NCBI GenBank assembly: GCA_016185625.1
Contig: JACPND010000007.1
Span: 8,262 to 72,261 of the forward strand
Source: Candidatus Woesearchaeota archaeon
Lineage (GTDB): Archaea > Nanobdellota > Nanobdellia > Woesearchaeales > GW2011-AR9
DNA: 64,000 bases
Direction of reading: 5' to 3'
Numbering within the stretch: position 1 is the stretch's first letter; every line of letters starts with the position of its first letter. The translations under genes were made by a program, and so were the position numbers. The notes under the pieces were generated by a model. It saw only the letters and a list, made by a program, of their open reading frames with translations. It did not search any database and was not told the origin of the DNA. Below are positions 9,176 to 18,022 of the stretch, piece after piece.

Positions 9176-9436
9176 TTCCGTAACTTCCTTCTGAAACTCT
9201 TTCGCTTTCTTTTTCAACCCGGCCAGCGCTTCCTTCAGCGCTTTTCGCGGTTCTATTCCTTTAGTCTGAAGGTGAAACATAGGAACGCCTACCAATGGGT
9301 GCGAAATGCGATACGTAGCCTCGACGCCTTTCAGATGAATCAGCTCATACTTCAGGGCATTGCAGAAGGTGTGCGTTTCACCTGGCAACTCAAAAACCAG
9401 CTTGATTTTGCTTTCTTCGAGAACTTTGAATTCCAT
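9170..9436 (-). CDS. rpoL: DNA-directed RNA polymerase subunit L (Rpo11)
   Basis: 88-aa ORF with LPGETHTFCNALKYEL...ATYRISHPL, matching the RpoL/Rpo11 family. Confidence 0.7.
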   Translation of the reverse strand: MEFKVLEESKIKLVFELPGETHTFCNALKYELIHLKGVEATYRISHPLVGVPMFHLQTKGIEPRKALKEALAGLKKKAKEFQKEVTEL

Positions 9437-9542
9437 GACCTCTATTTTAGGCTATCTATTTATAAAGATTTCTATGGCAGGATACTGTATACTAAACGAA
9501 TGATATAAAAACTAAGGCATCTTTCTCCACTTTTGAGGTGGA

Positions 9543-9896
9543 ATGATGTCCCAAAAATGCATTTATTGTTCATCTAAAAATGTTGTTAAGAATGGTACAC
9601 GAAAACGAAAAGTAAGAATAAAAATTAGTTTTCTTTGCAGATCCTGCAAACGCCAGTTTGTTGAGCCGGATGGTTTTGAGAGAATGAGGCACGTTCCAAA
9701 AGTTATTGTAAGAGCAGTGCATCAACATATCGATGGATTCTCACTATTCAAAACACAATACCATCTATGGCAGCATGACGGGATTAAAGTTACTAGAAGA
9801 ACTATTGCTCAATGGACCAGAAAATATTCTCTTTTTTTAAAATCCAATACACCAATCAGTAAAGCCTCAACTCAAAGGACGCCAGCATTACGATGA
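9543..9896 (+). CDS. insA: IS1 InsA-like zinc-finger/HTH protein
   Basis: C-x2-C ... C-x2-C arrangement and VVKNGxxxxK, similar to IS1 InsA. Confidence 0.55.
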   Translation: MMSQKCIYCSSKNVVKNGTRKRKVRIKISFLCRSCKRQFVEPDGFERMRHVPKVIVRAVHQHIDGFSLFKTQYHLWQHDGIKVTRRTIAQWTRKYSLFLKSNTPISKASTQRTPALR

Positions 9897-10290
9897 GAAA
9901 TATGTGCCTATGAAAGGCAAAAAGACCATTATGGTCTTAATTGTATTGATAGCAAAACAAAGTATATTACTGCTCATCTCTTCGTCAATAAAAGAACGAA
10001 AAATAAATGTGTACGATTTCTTCCTCAGATTAAAGAAACGTGTTATGAACAAATCCTAGAAAGATATCATCAAGAAAGAAAAAAGCCGAAAGAGAAACGA
10101 AAACTCATCATTTTGTCAGCGATATTTAAGGCATATTCTCCATAATTTTGTGAATCCGCATCAGGGAATAAAAGAAAGAACTCCGGCTGAAGAAGCAGAA
10201 ATAAAGTTAGAGTTAGGAAGAGAAAAACTCCTGAAGCCCATTGAAAAAATGGCGCAGGAGAAGCATCATTCGCTAAGGTAACAGTATCTA
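9543..10290 (+). mobile_element. IS1-family insertion sequence remnant (InsA-like ORF intact; downstream InsB/DDE region broken across frames)
   Basis: ORF 9543-9896 has the InsA-like zinc finger CIYCSS...VVKNGTRKRK...FLCRSCKRQF plus an HTH. Downstream reading frames (YDEKYVPMKGKK...; ...RYLRHILHNFVNPHQGIKERTPAEE...) are interrupted by stops and frame changes. Total length ~750 bp, similar to IS1. Confidence 0.5.
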
Positions 10291-10336
10291 CCAATACACT
10301 ATTTTAAAAGAATTACGCCATTATTTTCTGCAAAAC

Positions 10337-10574
10337 GGCACTATCCAAAAAGTGAGTGCAAGAAATGCGAAGAAAATCACATTTCTGCACAGAAATGGAG
10401 TAGCTTCTTCATTTCTTGTGATGGCAGGCCGTTCGCCTCGTGCTTTCCTTGCTGAAAGTATCTTTCAAAGAATGTTAGTCTTGTGGGAGAGAAAGCACCA
10501 ATGAATTCTCATTAACGATAGTCGTTCTCGGCTCACCTCTTGGCTGTGCCATCACTCACAAAACGGATAGTGCC
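10337..10574. mobile_element. MITE-like element, family 2 (subfamily A), TIR GGCACTATCC
   Basis: Terminal inverted repeats GGCACTATCC...GGATAGTGCC; 8-bp TSD tgcaaaac/tgcaaaat; the 5' ~95 bp are near-identical to the copy at 52019-52248; internal hairpins GCAAGAAATG/CATTTCTGC. Confidence 0.8.
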
Positions 10575-10630
10575 TGCAAAATACAAACCTTTAAAAACAA
10601 CCCCGCACTTCTTTTTGATTGGTGATATAG

Positions 10631-11338
10631 ATGCGCTTAGTCTTAACTAAAAAACCAAAAGGAGTTACTATCATTGAAGGCTTCCCCGGATTTGGGTTAA
10701 TCGGCACCATTGCCACGGAATTCTTGATGGAGCATCTTAAGACAGAGAAAATTGGTGTGATTGAAATGGATGAAATTCCCGCCATGATTGCCATCCATCA
10801 GAATAAAGTCATTGAGCCAATTTCCCTGCATTATAATAAAGAATACAATTTAGTATTAGTGCATGCGATTAATATCGGAAAGGATTTAGGATGGAAATTG
10901 GCGGATGTAATACTCGATGTAGCTCAGCAATTAGGTGCGAAGCAGATTATCTCGTTAGAGGGTGTAGGATCGCCAAATCCCGCGTCTGGAAGAGTATTCT
11001 ATTATGCAACGGAAGATGGCACGGTGAAGAAAAAGTTAGATTCTGTGGCGCAGCCCTTGGCAGAAGGGATTATCGTCGGTGTGACGGGCGCATTGTTAGC
11101 GAAGAAGACTACCCTTCCCGTCATTGCGTTATTTGCCGAAGCGCAGAGCCAGCTGCCTGACAGCAAAGCCGCTGCCGAGATACTGAAAGCGTTGGATAAA
11201 TATATTGGATTAGAGATGGATACCAAGCCATTGCTTAAGCAGGCAGAAGAGTTTGAGAAGAAGCTGAAAGGAATAATGGAGAAAAGCCAAAAAGCAGAAG
11301 AGCTCCAGGAAGATAAGAAATTGAGTTATGTAGGGTGA
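10631..11338 (+). CDS. PAC2-family protein (proteasome assembly chaperone-like, COG1938)
   Basis: N-terminal IIEGFPGFGLIGTIATEFLMEHL matches the PAC2 family signature. Confidence 0.6.
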   Translation: MRLVLTKKPKGVTIIEGFPGFGLIGTIATEFLMEHLKTEKIGVIEMDEIPAMIAIHQNKVIEPISLHYNKEYNLVLVHAINIGKDLGWKLADVILDVAQQLGAKQIISLEGVGSPNPASGRVFYYATEDGTVKKKLDSVAQPLAEGIIVGVTGALLAKKTTLPVIALFAEAQSQLPDSKAAAEILKALDKYIGLEMDTKPLLKQAEEFEKKLKGIMEKSQKAEELQEDKKLSYVG

Positions 11339-11395
11339 TTTTTGTCAATCCCTGTCGTTGCACAATAATACTTAGAGAAAATAAGATAGGTGAAT

Positions 11396-11680
11396 TTATT
11401 TCTCTACCAGCATATCTGATAGCTCTCCCCGCGCTTCTCCAGACCTAATCGCGATATTTTCTATTAAATCGAGATGTATCTGATATAATGGAAACTTTTG
11501 CCAATCCGCACCATACCTTCTTTTTGCTTCACATATAATACTGAATCCAGTACTATCCTTAAAATACCACCATGACGGCGCTGAATCGTATTCTTTTTGT
11601 AACCACTCCCATAATTTAGTCTCATCTTCAGAAAATTTACCAATATCATATTCATTTCCTTTTCTATCTCGATATATCAT
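11396..11680 (-). CDS. hypothetical small protein (95 aa)
   Basis: The listed ORF extends upstream through the MITE at 11726-11888. It is trimmed here to the first Met downstream of the MITE (MIYRDRKGNEYDIGKF...). Confidence 0.35.
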   Translation of the reverse strand: MIYRDRKGNEYDIGKFSEDETKLWEWLQKEYDSAPSWWYFKDSTGFSIICEAKRRYGADWQKFPLYQIHLDLIENIAIRSGEARGELSDMLVEK

Positions 11681-11725
11681 ACACTTATTAAAAGCTCTAT
11701 TACTATATAATGTTTTGGGTGATTC

Positions 11726-11888
11726 GGCACTGTCCGTTTTGTGAGTGATGTGCCAAGTGTGCAGTGAGGGAGAAGGCATAAGGCTGTTCGGAGGTTGGAT
11801 TAGCACTATAAACGCAGCGAGATGTTGCGAAATCACTACGATTAATCCACCCGAACTGCGGCACATCACTCGCTTTTTGGATAGTGCC
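11726..11888. mobile_element. MITE-like element, family 2 (subfamily B)
   Basis: TIRs GGCACTGTCC...GGATAGTGCC with an inner repeat AGTGATGTGCC; a perfect 8-bp TSD ggtgattc on both sides. Confidence 0.8.
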
Positions 11889-12171
11889 GGTGATTCGTAT
11901 TCACCAAAACTTTTAATTTCTTCTATCAAATTTTATTTTTCTATTTTGTACTAAAACACTGAAACTTTTAATTATAAACAATAAATTTTATTTTTACGTA
12001 ACACCTCTGTTCATAAAACTTTTAATCTTCTCTCATAATAAGTATAACTGGATATTCTAAAACTTTCAATCAAAGATAGAATTTACAAGACACATAATTC
12101 TAGAATATTTAATCTTCACTTAAATAAATTATCTCGTAACATTTATATAATTAAACTTCACTCAAAGAGCT

Positions 12172-12480
12172 ATGGCTGAAGATAATGCGGCGTTTCGTCA
12201 ACGAATTTTACATATTTTGTCAAAACTAGATGGTTCAAACAATCTTGATTTAACGACGACAATGAGGACGGAGATCTTTTCGTTATCATTAGCGCTCCAG
12301 GCCAGTAAATTCCCTACAAAATCGTCAATGGTGCGTTCTTGTTCGGAAGCAGAATTAGCTGTAAATGAAATGCTACGTCTTGTGAGGACGAAAGGAATGC
12401 CAGCTGATGAGCAATTAGGGCAGTACAAGGATAGGATTAGGGTGCGGTTACAAGGGATTTTAGCAGTTTTACCGAAATGA
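12172..12480 (+). CDS. hypothetical small protein (102 aa) in an AT-rich islet
   Basis: ORF preceded by a repeated AAAACTTT(T/C)AATCA...AGATAGAAT motif and a TATA-like box. Confidence 0.35.
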   Translation: MAEDNAAFRQRILHILSKLDGSNNLDLTTTMRTEIFSLSLALQASKFPTKSSMVRSCSEAELAVNEMLRLVRTKGMPADEQLGQYKDRIRVRLQGILAVLPK

Positions 12481-12574
12481 TTTAGGCGATAAAACTTTTA
12501 ATCATAGATAGAATATTACAGAAAGCAAAAGGTTTATTAAATACTGTCATTTACATCTAAATAAGGTGATATTT

Positions 12575-12745
12575 ATGGTAAAAAAAGAAGATTTTGATAA
12601 GAACTTACGTCTTTTGAAAGATCAGGTTATGATGTTAAGTGCTACGGTCAATCAAATTAACTTGATGCCAAATGCCAAGCTAATCAATACAAAATGCGCT
12701 GCAATCCAAAAACTATTAGCAGACATTGAGAGATTGTCATTATAG
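12575..12745 (+). CDS. hypothetical small protein (56 aa)
   Basis: Found by manual translation: MVKKEDFDKNLRLLKDQVMMLSATVNQ... Preceded by the same upstream motif. Confidence 0.25.
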   Translation: MVKKEDFDKNLRLLKDQVMMLSATVNQINLMPNAKLINTKCAAIQKLLADIERLSL

Positions 12746-13101
12746 TTCGCCTAATATACATTATACGTACTTTATTGTCTTGTTTTATGAGTAAAAGCGT
12801 GGAGTTGGGCGAGTTTGTGGTGTTGGGGCGGGTCTGAAGGAGAAAGAGGCAGGGTATTTTTATTATCTGGTTGTGTTTGGAGAGTGTTGCGTTCTAAAAG
12901 TTTTAAGCAAATATTGAAGTTTTAACAAAGATATATGTTCTAAAAGTTTTAGTTTTTGATTGAACAATCTATTATTATGTTCTCTAAAAATTTTAGGATT
13001 CTCTCAGAAGTTTAATTTGTTACGAGCTGAAATTTTCAATCAAAAATCATAATCTTAATTTTTAGATGTGGTGTGAAAGTTATAATAAAAAACTAAATAT
13101 A

Positions 13102-13959
13102 TTATTTCCTATATTCTACTTTCCTTTCGCGAATATTAACGTTACAACGAGGCTGAAAACGTTGTTCAAATACTTGTTGCGCAATACGATTGGCTACATC
13201 AGCTGTTTGCATACCAGAGCATTGCTCAGCAACAAGTTTACTTCCTCGTGAGAAATATGCCTCACCATCAGGTGTGCTGGTGAATCGTTTGAAAAGGCGA
13301 GATTTAAACCTATTTTGTTCATTAACTACTTCTTCAGCACTAGGGCTTTCTAGTCTTGCATTTTCAACATCGATAACGCCCAACCCGTTTCGTGCATCAT
13401 ATCCTAAAACAGCGCCATCTCTGTTAATATATTGCAACGATGCTTGTGGTGGAAGCAATATGACATGGCGCAACTGTAAATCTCCATGCATGACACCTTC
13501 TTGCTGAAGTATCTGGCTAAATATACCCGACAGGTATAATGCACGCTGATCAGCCCTGACGTCATCACCATCTACTTTATAGAGCCTTTCGCGCTTTGGA
13601 ACGACTTTGTTCAGTGGCAACCCCGGACAGAAAAACTCAAATAATGCTGATTTCATGGAGCGTTGGTTTTCAATATCGCCGTATTCCAGAAAGAGTACTT
13701 GAGGTGTATAGATGGTAAAATCACGAGTCTGAAATAAGTCATTGTATTGCTTGAAAAGCTCTGAAAAAAAAATAGTTGCGTATGCTTCATATAATGTACT
13801 GTCCAGCTTTCGGTTTTTTACCTTCTTAATTATTCCGGCAGAAGGCACAACAGTCATAGTGGAGCTTTTGGCTGACTCTGCATTCCAAGGCTGTGACAGA
13901 TGAAGCTCTGATACGACGGTGTCTAAGGAGACGCCTAAGTGATAAGTAGGTTCTGCCAT
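13102..13959 (-). CDS. phosphotransferase-family protein (APH/choline-kinase-like protein-kinase-like fold)
   Basis: MHGDLQLRHVILLP (HGDxxxxN-like catalytic loop) and GVIDVENA (IDxE, the DFG-equivalent of the APH/ChoK family). Confidence 0.45.
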   Translation of the reverse strand: MAEPTYHLGVSLDTVVSELHLSQPWNAESAKSSTMTVVPSAGIIKKVKNRKLDSTLYEAYATIFFSELFKQYNDLFQTRDFTIYTPQVLFLEYGDIENQRSMKSALFEFFCPGLPLNKVVPKRERLYKVDGDDVRADQRALYLSGIFSQILQQEGVMHGDLQLRHVILLPPQASLQYINRDGAVLGYDARNGLGVIDVENARLESPSAEEVVNEQNRFKSRLFKRFTSTPDGEAYFSRGSKLVAEQCSGMQTADVANRIAQQVFEQRFQPRCNVNIRERKVEYRK

Positions 13960-14018
13960 GAGGCTAGGATAAATGTCCTGTTTATAAACCTTTCGCTTCT
14001 ATTATAACTTATAAGTAG

Positions 14019-14804
14019 TTACTGCTGTACAAACGTACAACGCGTCGCCGTCTGCGTTTTCTGCTCATAGTAATGCACGGTCGCCCGTTGCGCTAGCTCT
14101 TCCCTATCAGAACGCTGCCAGAGGGAAGCAATGAACAGCTTGATAATGTCTCCATCACGACTCAGAATAGTGGCTTGTTTGTCTTGGTTTGCAGTCACAT
14201 ATTCGAGCAAGGCTGAAACCAGAGAGGCGTCTGCATGAGAAGGCTTATGTTCTTTCATCCGTGGAAATTTGACTTCTATGGGATTCATGAGCTGAATACC
14301 GTCAACGATTTGGCGATGGACGTCAAGTGTCTGCTGAAGATATCCCGTGAGCCTTTGGTAATCAGCAACCAGATCCTCTACATTGCTATCTTTGAGATGG
14401 TATTGGTATTTTTCCTGATGGTGATGCTTAAACTTAGTGCCTCTCCCGTTCCGCGCGTGAGAGGATTGTTGCCGAAGCAGAGCAGATTCTTTACGTTGAT
14501 TCTGCCTATGATACTGTATGCAATGCTCAAGATGCCGGTTAAGAGCATCAGCCTCTGCTTTAATGTACGATGTGGTGAAGATTGTCAGTCTATCGTTCAA
14601 TAGACTCTGAATAAGGTCCATTTGCTGTAAGACGCCGTATAGTTCCGTGTCGTATCGGGCTAGCCTAAGGTAGGAATTGGCATCGTAGAGGCGGCGATCA
14701 AGATCAGAAGGCATGGAACATAAGATATTGTTATCTACGAGAATTACGTCATGCCTGTCCAATACCTCCGTTACCGGTATGTCATTGATAACTCCTCGTA
14801 TCAT
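14019..14804 (-). CDS. hypothetical protein (261 aa), possibly PIN-like
   Basis: The N-terminal VILVDNNIL and C-terminal ILSRDGDII resemble PIN acidic motifs, but the spacing is atypical. Weak. Confidence 0.3.
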   Translation of the reverse strand: MIRGVINDIPVTEVLDRHDVILVDNNILCSMPSDLDRRLYDANSYLRLARYDTELYGVLQQMDLIQSLLNDRLTIFTTSYIKAEADALNRHLEHCIQYHRQNQRKESALLRQQSSHARNGRGTKFKHHHQEKYQYHLKDSNVEDLVADYQRLTGYLQQTLDVHRQIVDGIQLMNPIEVKFPRMKEHKPSHADASLVSALLEYVTANQDKQATILSRDGDIIKLFIASLWQRSDREELAQRATVHYYEQKTQTATRCTFVQQ

Positions 14805-14985
14805 GGATGAGAACTAAGCCTCTGATTTATAGTTACCATTTTTAAATCTTTCTTGGGTATAAACCGGAAAGTGATTACAATATATAGTAACTGACATTAA
14901 TACCCTGAGAAACTGGAAGTTTCTGGGGCACAGAAATTGCGCGCCAATTTCTCGTGTTTAAAGAATAATGAGCAGTTAATATATA

Positions 14986-15168
14986 GGGGGGTTTGATTAA
15001 CCTATTAATTTAGTTCAGCCCCCTCTAAGTAGGATACCAACAGACAGAAATGATTGATGAGATAGTTCTGTCTGTTGTATCTACAAAGGGCACAACAAAA
15101 AGATAAGATATTTGTGCCCTTTGGTAGACTTTGAATATCGATGAAAAAGAGGGTTATTCAAAGTTCTC
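14986..15168. mobile_element. MITE-like element, family 3 (TIR GGGTTTGA(A/T)TAACC), expanded copy with extra internal hairpins
   Basis: Its ends match the element nested at 47661-47746 (conserved core CTAAGTAGGA). The internal insert carries the 12-bp IR CAACAGACAGAA/TTCTGTCTGTTG and the 11-bp IR AAAGGGCACAA/TTGTGCCCTTT. Confidence 0.6.
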
Positions 15169-15324
15169 TGTACAAAAACATCCAGGTGATTCACTTCAGA
15201 ATATCTTTTTGTTTCTATTACCAACAAAATACCTGAAATATTAGTTATCTGTTTATAATACCAACAAAGTTGCTATTACCAACCAAAAAGCTTAAATATC
15301 ACTATTAAGATTGTAACACCAACA

Positions 15325-15657
15325 ATGGAAGAAGAACTGATTAAAAATATTAAGATATTTTTACGCTCTGCGGAGTTAGTGTACCAGACTAACGATTATA
15401 CTTCTGCGGTAATTCTCTATTTCAAGACGCTGTTTGTAGCTCTGGACTTATTTCTGTTAAAAAAGATCCAGATTGTTCCCAAAGACCATTCTGAACGGTT
15501 TAGGCTGCTGGAGAAATCTTTTCCCAAAGAATATTCTATGTTAGACAAATATTTTTCTATTTATCGAAGCACTTACTCTACTACCATCGAAAAAGAAACC
15601 TGTGAGGAAATACGTAAATATGTTATCTACTTCATTAAAGAAAAGTTTGGAATCTAA
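15325..15657 (+). CDS. HEPN-domain protein (partner of the nucleotidyltransferase)
   Basis: 110-aa helical protein directly upstream of, and overlapping, a minimal nucleotidyltransferase gene, which is the canonical HEPN/MNT architecture. Family assigned mainly by context. Confidence 0.5.
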   Translation: MEEELIKNIKIFLRSAELVYQTNDYTSAVILYFKTLFVALDLFLLKKIQIVPKDHSERFRLLEKSFPKEYSMLDKYFSIYRSTYSTTIEKETCEEIRKYVIYFIKEKFGI

Positions 15658-16201
15658 ATGCCAACAGTTTAAATATGAAAATCCGGAAATTCTGGATATT
15701 CTACTATTTGGCTCTATGATGAAAGGTAAAGATAAAGCTAACGATTTAGACCTATTGATTGTTTTTAAAGAGAAAAAAAACTTAAATTTAATGTACGAAT
15801 TCAGGAAGGTTATTGAACCATTCGTCAAAGTAAGAGTAGAAGTGACGGGAAAGACTTACGCAGAACTATTTTCAGATAGTTTTCTTGCTCGAGAAGCTAT
15901 ATTAGCTGAAGCCTACAGCTTAATCCAAAAGAAGTCTGTAGCGGAGGGATTAGGGTTTAAGAACTTTTACCTGTTTAATTATTCCCTAAAAAAGAAAAAC
16001 AAATCCGAGAGGATGCGGTTTTATTACAGCTTATATGGAAGGAATAGCTTAGGGATTCTTAAGAAGCTTGGAGCAGTGAAGTATGCAGAAACAATCATTC
16101 TTTGTCCTACGGAGAATAAAGAGCTGATGAAAGGGTTTCTGGAGAGTTGGAAAATCGAATTTAAAGAGACGCCAATATTAATCCCTAAAAGAATTTTATA
16201 A
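15602..16201 (+). CDS. minimal nucleotidyltransferase (MNT) domain protein
   Basis: LLFGSMMKGKDKANDLDLLIVF, i.e. the GS...DxD nucleotidyltransferase motif; the real start may be Met 15620. Confidence 0.7.
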   Translation: MRKYVNMLSTSLKKSLESKCQQFKYENPEILDILLFGSMMKGKDKANDLDLLIVFKEKKNLNLMYEFRKVIEPFVKVRVEVTGKTYAELFSDSFLAREAILAEAYSLIQKKSVAEGLGFKNFYLFNYSLKKKNKSERMRFYYSLYGRNSLGILKKLGAVKYAETIILCPTENKELMKGFLESWKIEFKETPILIPKRIL

Positions 16202-16484
16202 GATTGTTTGAATAACCCTTAAATCCAGTCACTTTGTTCGTGTCAAGTCACTAGCGTTCGTGAGTTGCTTACCAGCAACAGTTGCCAGATTTCAGAAAAA
16301 AATGCCGTATACTGAAGGAACGAAATATTTGAACATATTAGTTCGTTCCTTTATATATAGTGGTGGCTAATGATGTTTGAGAATTAATGACCACCACTAT
16401 ACGACGCAAAATTACTGTTACTAAAGTAGAATTTCTCCACAGTGATGAGAATAACTTATATACTTTAAAGTTCGTCTAATCTCC

Positions 16485-17288
16485 ATGAAAGAATTAGAAA
16501 CGGAATTGAAACTGCGCGGCTTCTCACCGAGAACGGTCTCCACCTACATCTATCATAACCGGCAATTCCTGAAATGGAACGGCAAGCAACCTCAAGATAT
16601 TCAGGAAGCGGATATTAAAGCGTATTTAGCTTATATCCTGGCCGACAAGAAGTTACGGAGCAGCTCGGCAGCCTTAATCAGGGCGGCATTAAAATTCTAT
16701 TACGATGAAATTCTGAAGAAAAATATCGTGAACCTAAAAACGCCAAAAATTGCGCGTCATTTGCCGGAAGTGTTGACGCAGGAAGAGGTCAAGAGTTTAT
16801 TAGCATCAGCGACACATTCTAAAAGCAGGATTTTGATGAAATTATTATATTCCTCGGGAATCCGGCTCTCGGAATGCCTGCATCTACGGTGGCAGGATCT
16901 CGATTTTTCGCAGAAGATGGGCTGGGTGCGGGGTGGGAAAGGCGGGAAAGACCGGATGTTTATTCTGTCGGAAGATATTTGTAAAGAATTAGAAAGAATA
17001 AAACAGAAGAATGGGCTGATTTTTGATAATAAGGATGGAAAAGCCTTATCGCCGCGGAATGTCCAGAAGATTGTCAAGCGGGCGGCAGAAAAAGCAGGCA
17101 TCCAGAAAAATATCACGCCGCATAAATTACGGCATTCCTTTGCCACACATTTGCTGGAAGCTGGCACGGACATTCGGATCATTCAGGAATTGCTCGGGCA
17201 TAGCAACTTACAGACGACACAGATTTATACGAAAGTGTCACAGGAGCAGTTAAAAAAAGTGAGAAGTCCGCTGGATACGATAAGATAG
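16485..17288 (+). CDS. xerA: tyrosine recombinase, XerA/XerC/XerD family
   Basis: C-terminal RHSFATHLLEAGTDIRIIQELLGHSNLQTTQIYT, with the catalytic R...H..R...Y. Confidence 0.8.
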   Translation: MKELETELKLRGFSPRTVSTYIYHNRQFLKWNGKQPQDIQEADIKAYLAYILADKKLRSSSAALIRAALKFYYDEILKKNIVNLKTPKIARHLPEVLTQEEVKSLLASATHSKSRILMKLLYSSGIRLSECLHLRWQDLDFSQKMGWVRGGKGGKDRMFILSEDICKELERIKQKNGLIFDNKDGKALSPRNVQKIVKRAAEKAGIQKNITPHKLRHSFATHLLEAGTDIRIIQELLGHSNLQTTQIYTKVSQEQLKKVRSPLDTIR

Positions 17289-17315
17289 CCTGGATACTGT
17301 AATGGCTTCGTTTCA

Positions 17316-17900
17316 TCATTTTTCCTTATTTTCTTTCTGCAATATTCTTTTCCAACTCCACTCCTCCGGCGGATATTTCTCAAAAAAGAAACTTACTGCG
17401 GTTCCGAGAATTGTCCAGTACAGGGTATGTAACAAATCAATGTGTCCATAGAGATTCAAAAAATGGCCGGAATAATCCCAAAGGCGCTGGTTGGTGGTGG
17501 CTACTGTAAAGAGCCCACCCCAAAATTCCAGCAGAGTTAAGCTGACTCCCAGAATTATTCCCCTGAGAAATAGCTTTTGCTTCACCAGAAATGGCTGGAC
17601 GAGATAGATAAGTATCAGACCAAAGCCGTATATTGGAAGAAAAGGCACCATTTTTCCCGTCACTGTGCTCAAATAGCCGGCAAACGTTAATTTCTTTTCT
17701 ACGATACTCCAATATGCCGCGTCGATGATAAAACCCAGCACTCCTCCAACGAGAAAGAGCCTGAATCTGGTCTTGTTAGGGTTACTTTTCATTCTCTCAG
17801 GAAAAGAACGGGAATTATATAAAGATTTTTGCTTCTTTGGCTTTGTGTAAAAAGTAGGGGATGCGAAGAAGTGCCTGTTACTTTGCGACTCGTAAGACAA
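17316..17900 (-). CDS. integral membrane protein (function unknown)
   Basis: Several hydrophobic segments. Confidence 0.4.
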   Translation of the reverse strand: MSYESQSNRHFFASPTFYTKPKKQKSLYNSRSFPERMKSNPNKTRFRLFLVGGVLGFIIDAAYWSIVEKKLTFAGYLSTVTGKMVPFLPIYGFGLILIYLVQPFLVKQKLFLRGIILGVSLTLLEFWGGLFTVATTNQRLWDYSGHFLNLYGHIDLLHTLYWTILGTAVSFFFEKYPPEEWSWKRILQKENKEK

Positions 17901-18022
17901 AGTTAGGAATCGATTTTAATCCGAGAGACCTAAAATATGCCTGAGAAAAAACAAAGAAAAATCGATAACAGGCACCGCATCCCTAAACAAAGTGACTTTT
18001 TACACAAAGCCTACTTCTTTTT

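Noticed and set aside
11681-11929. N-terminal 83 codons of ORF 11396-11929
   Set aside because: This part is encoded by the MITE at 11726-11888. The gene was trimmed to the first Met downstream of the element.
16485-17288. Calling the Xer-family gene a prophage or integrated-element integrase
   Set aside because: Its size and C-terminal motifs equally fit chromosomal XerA, and no flanking att-like direct repeats were found. Left as XerA-family, with the ambiguity noted.
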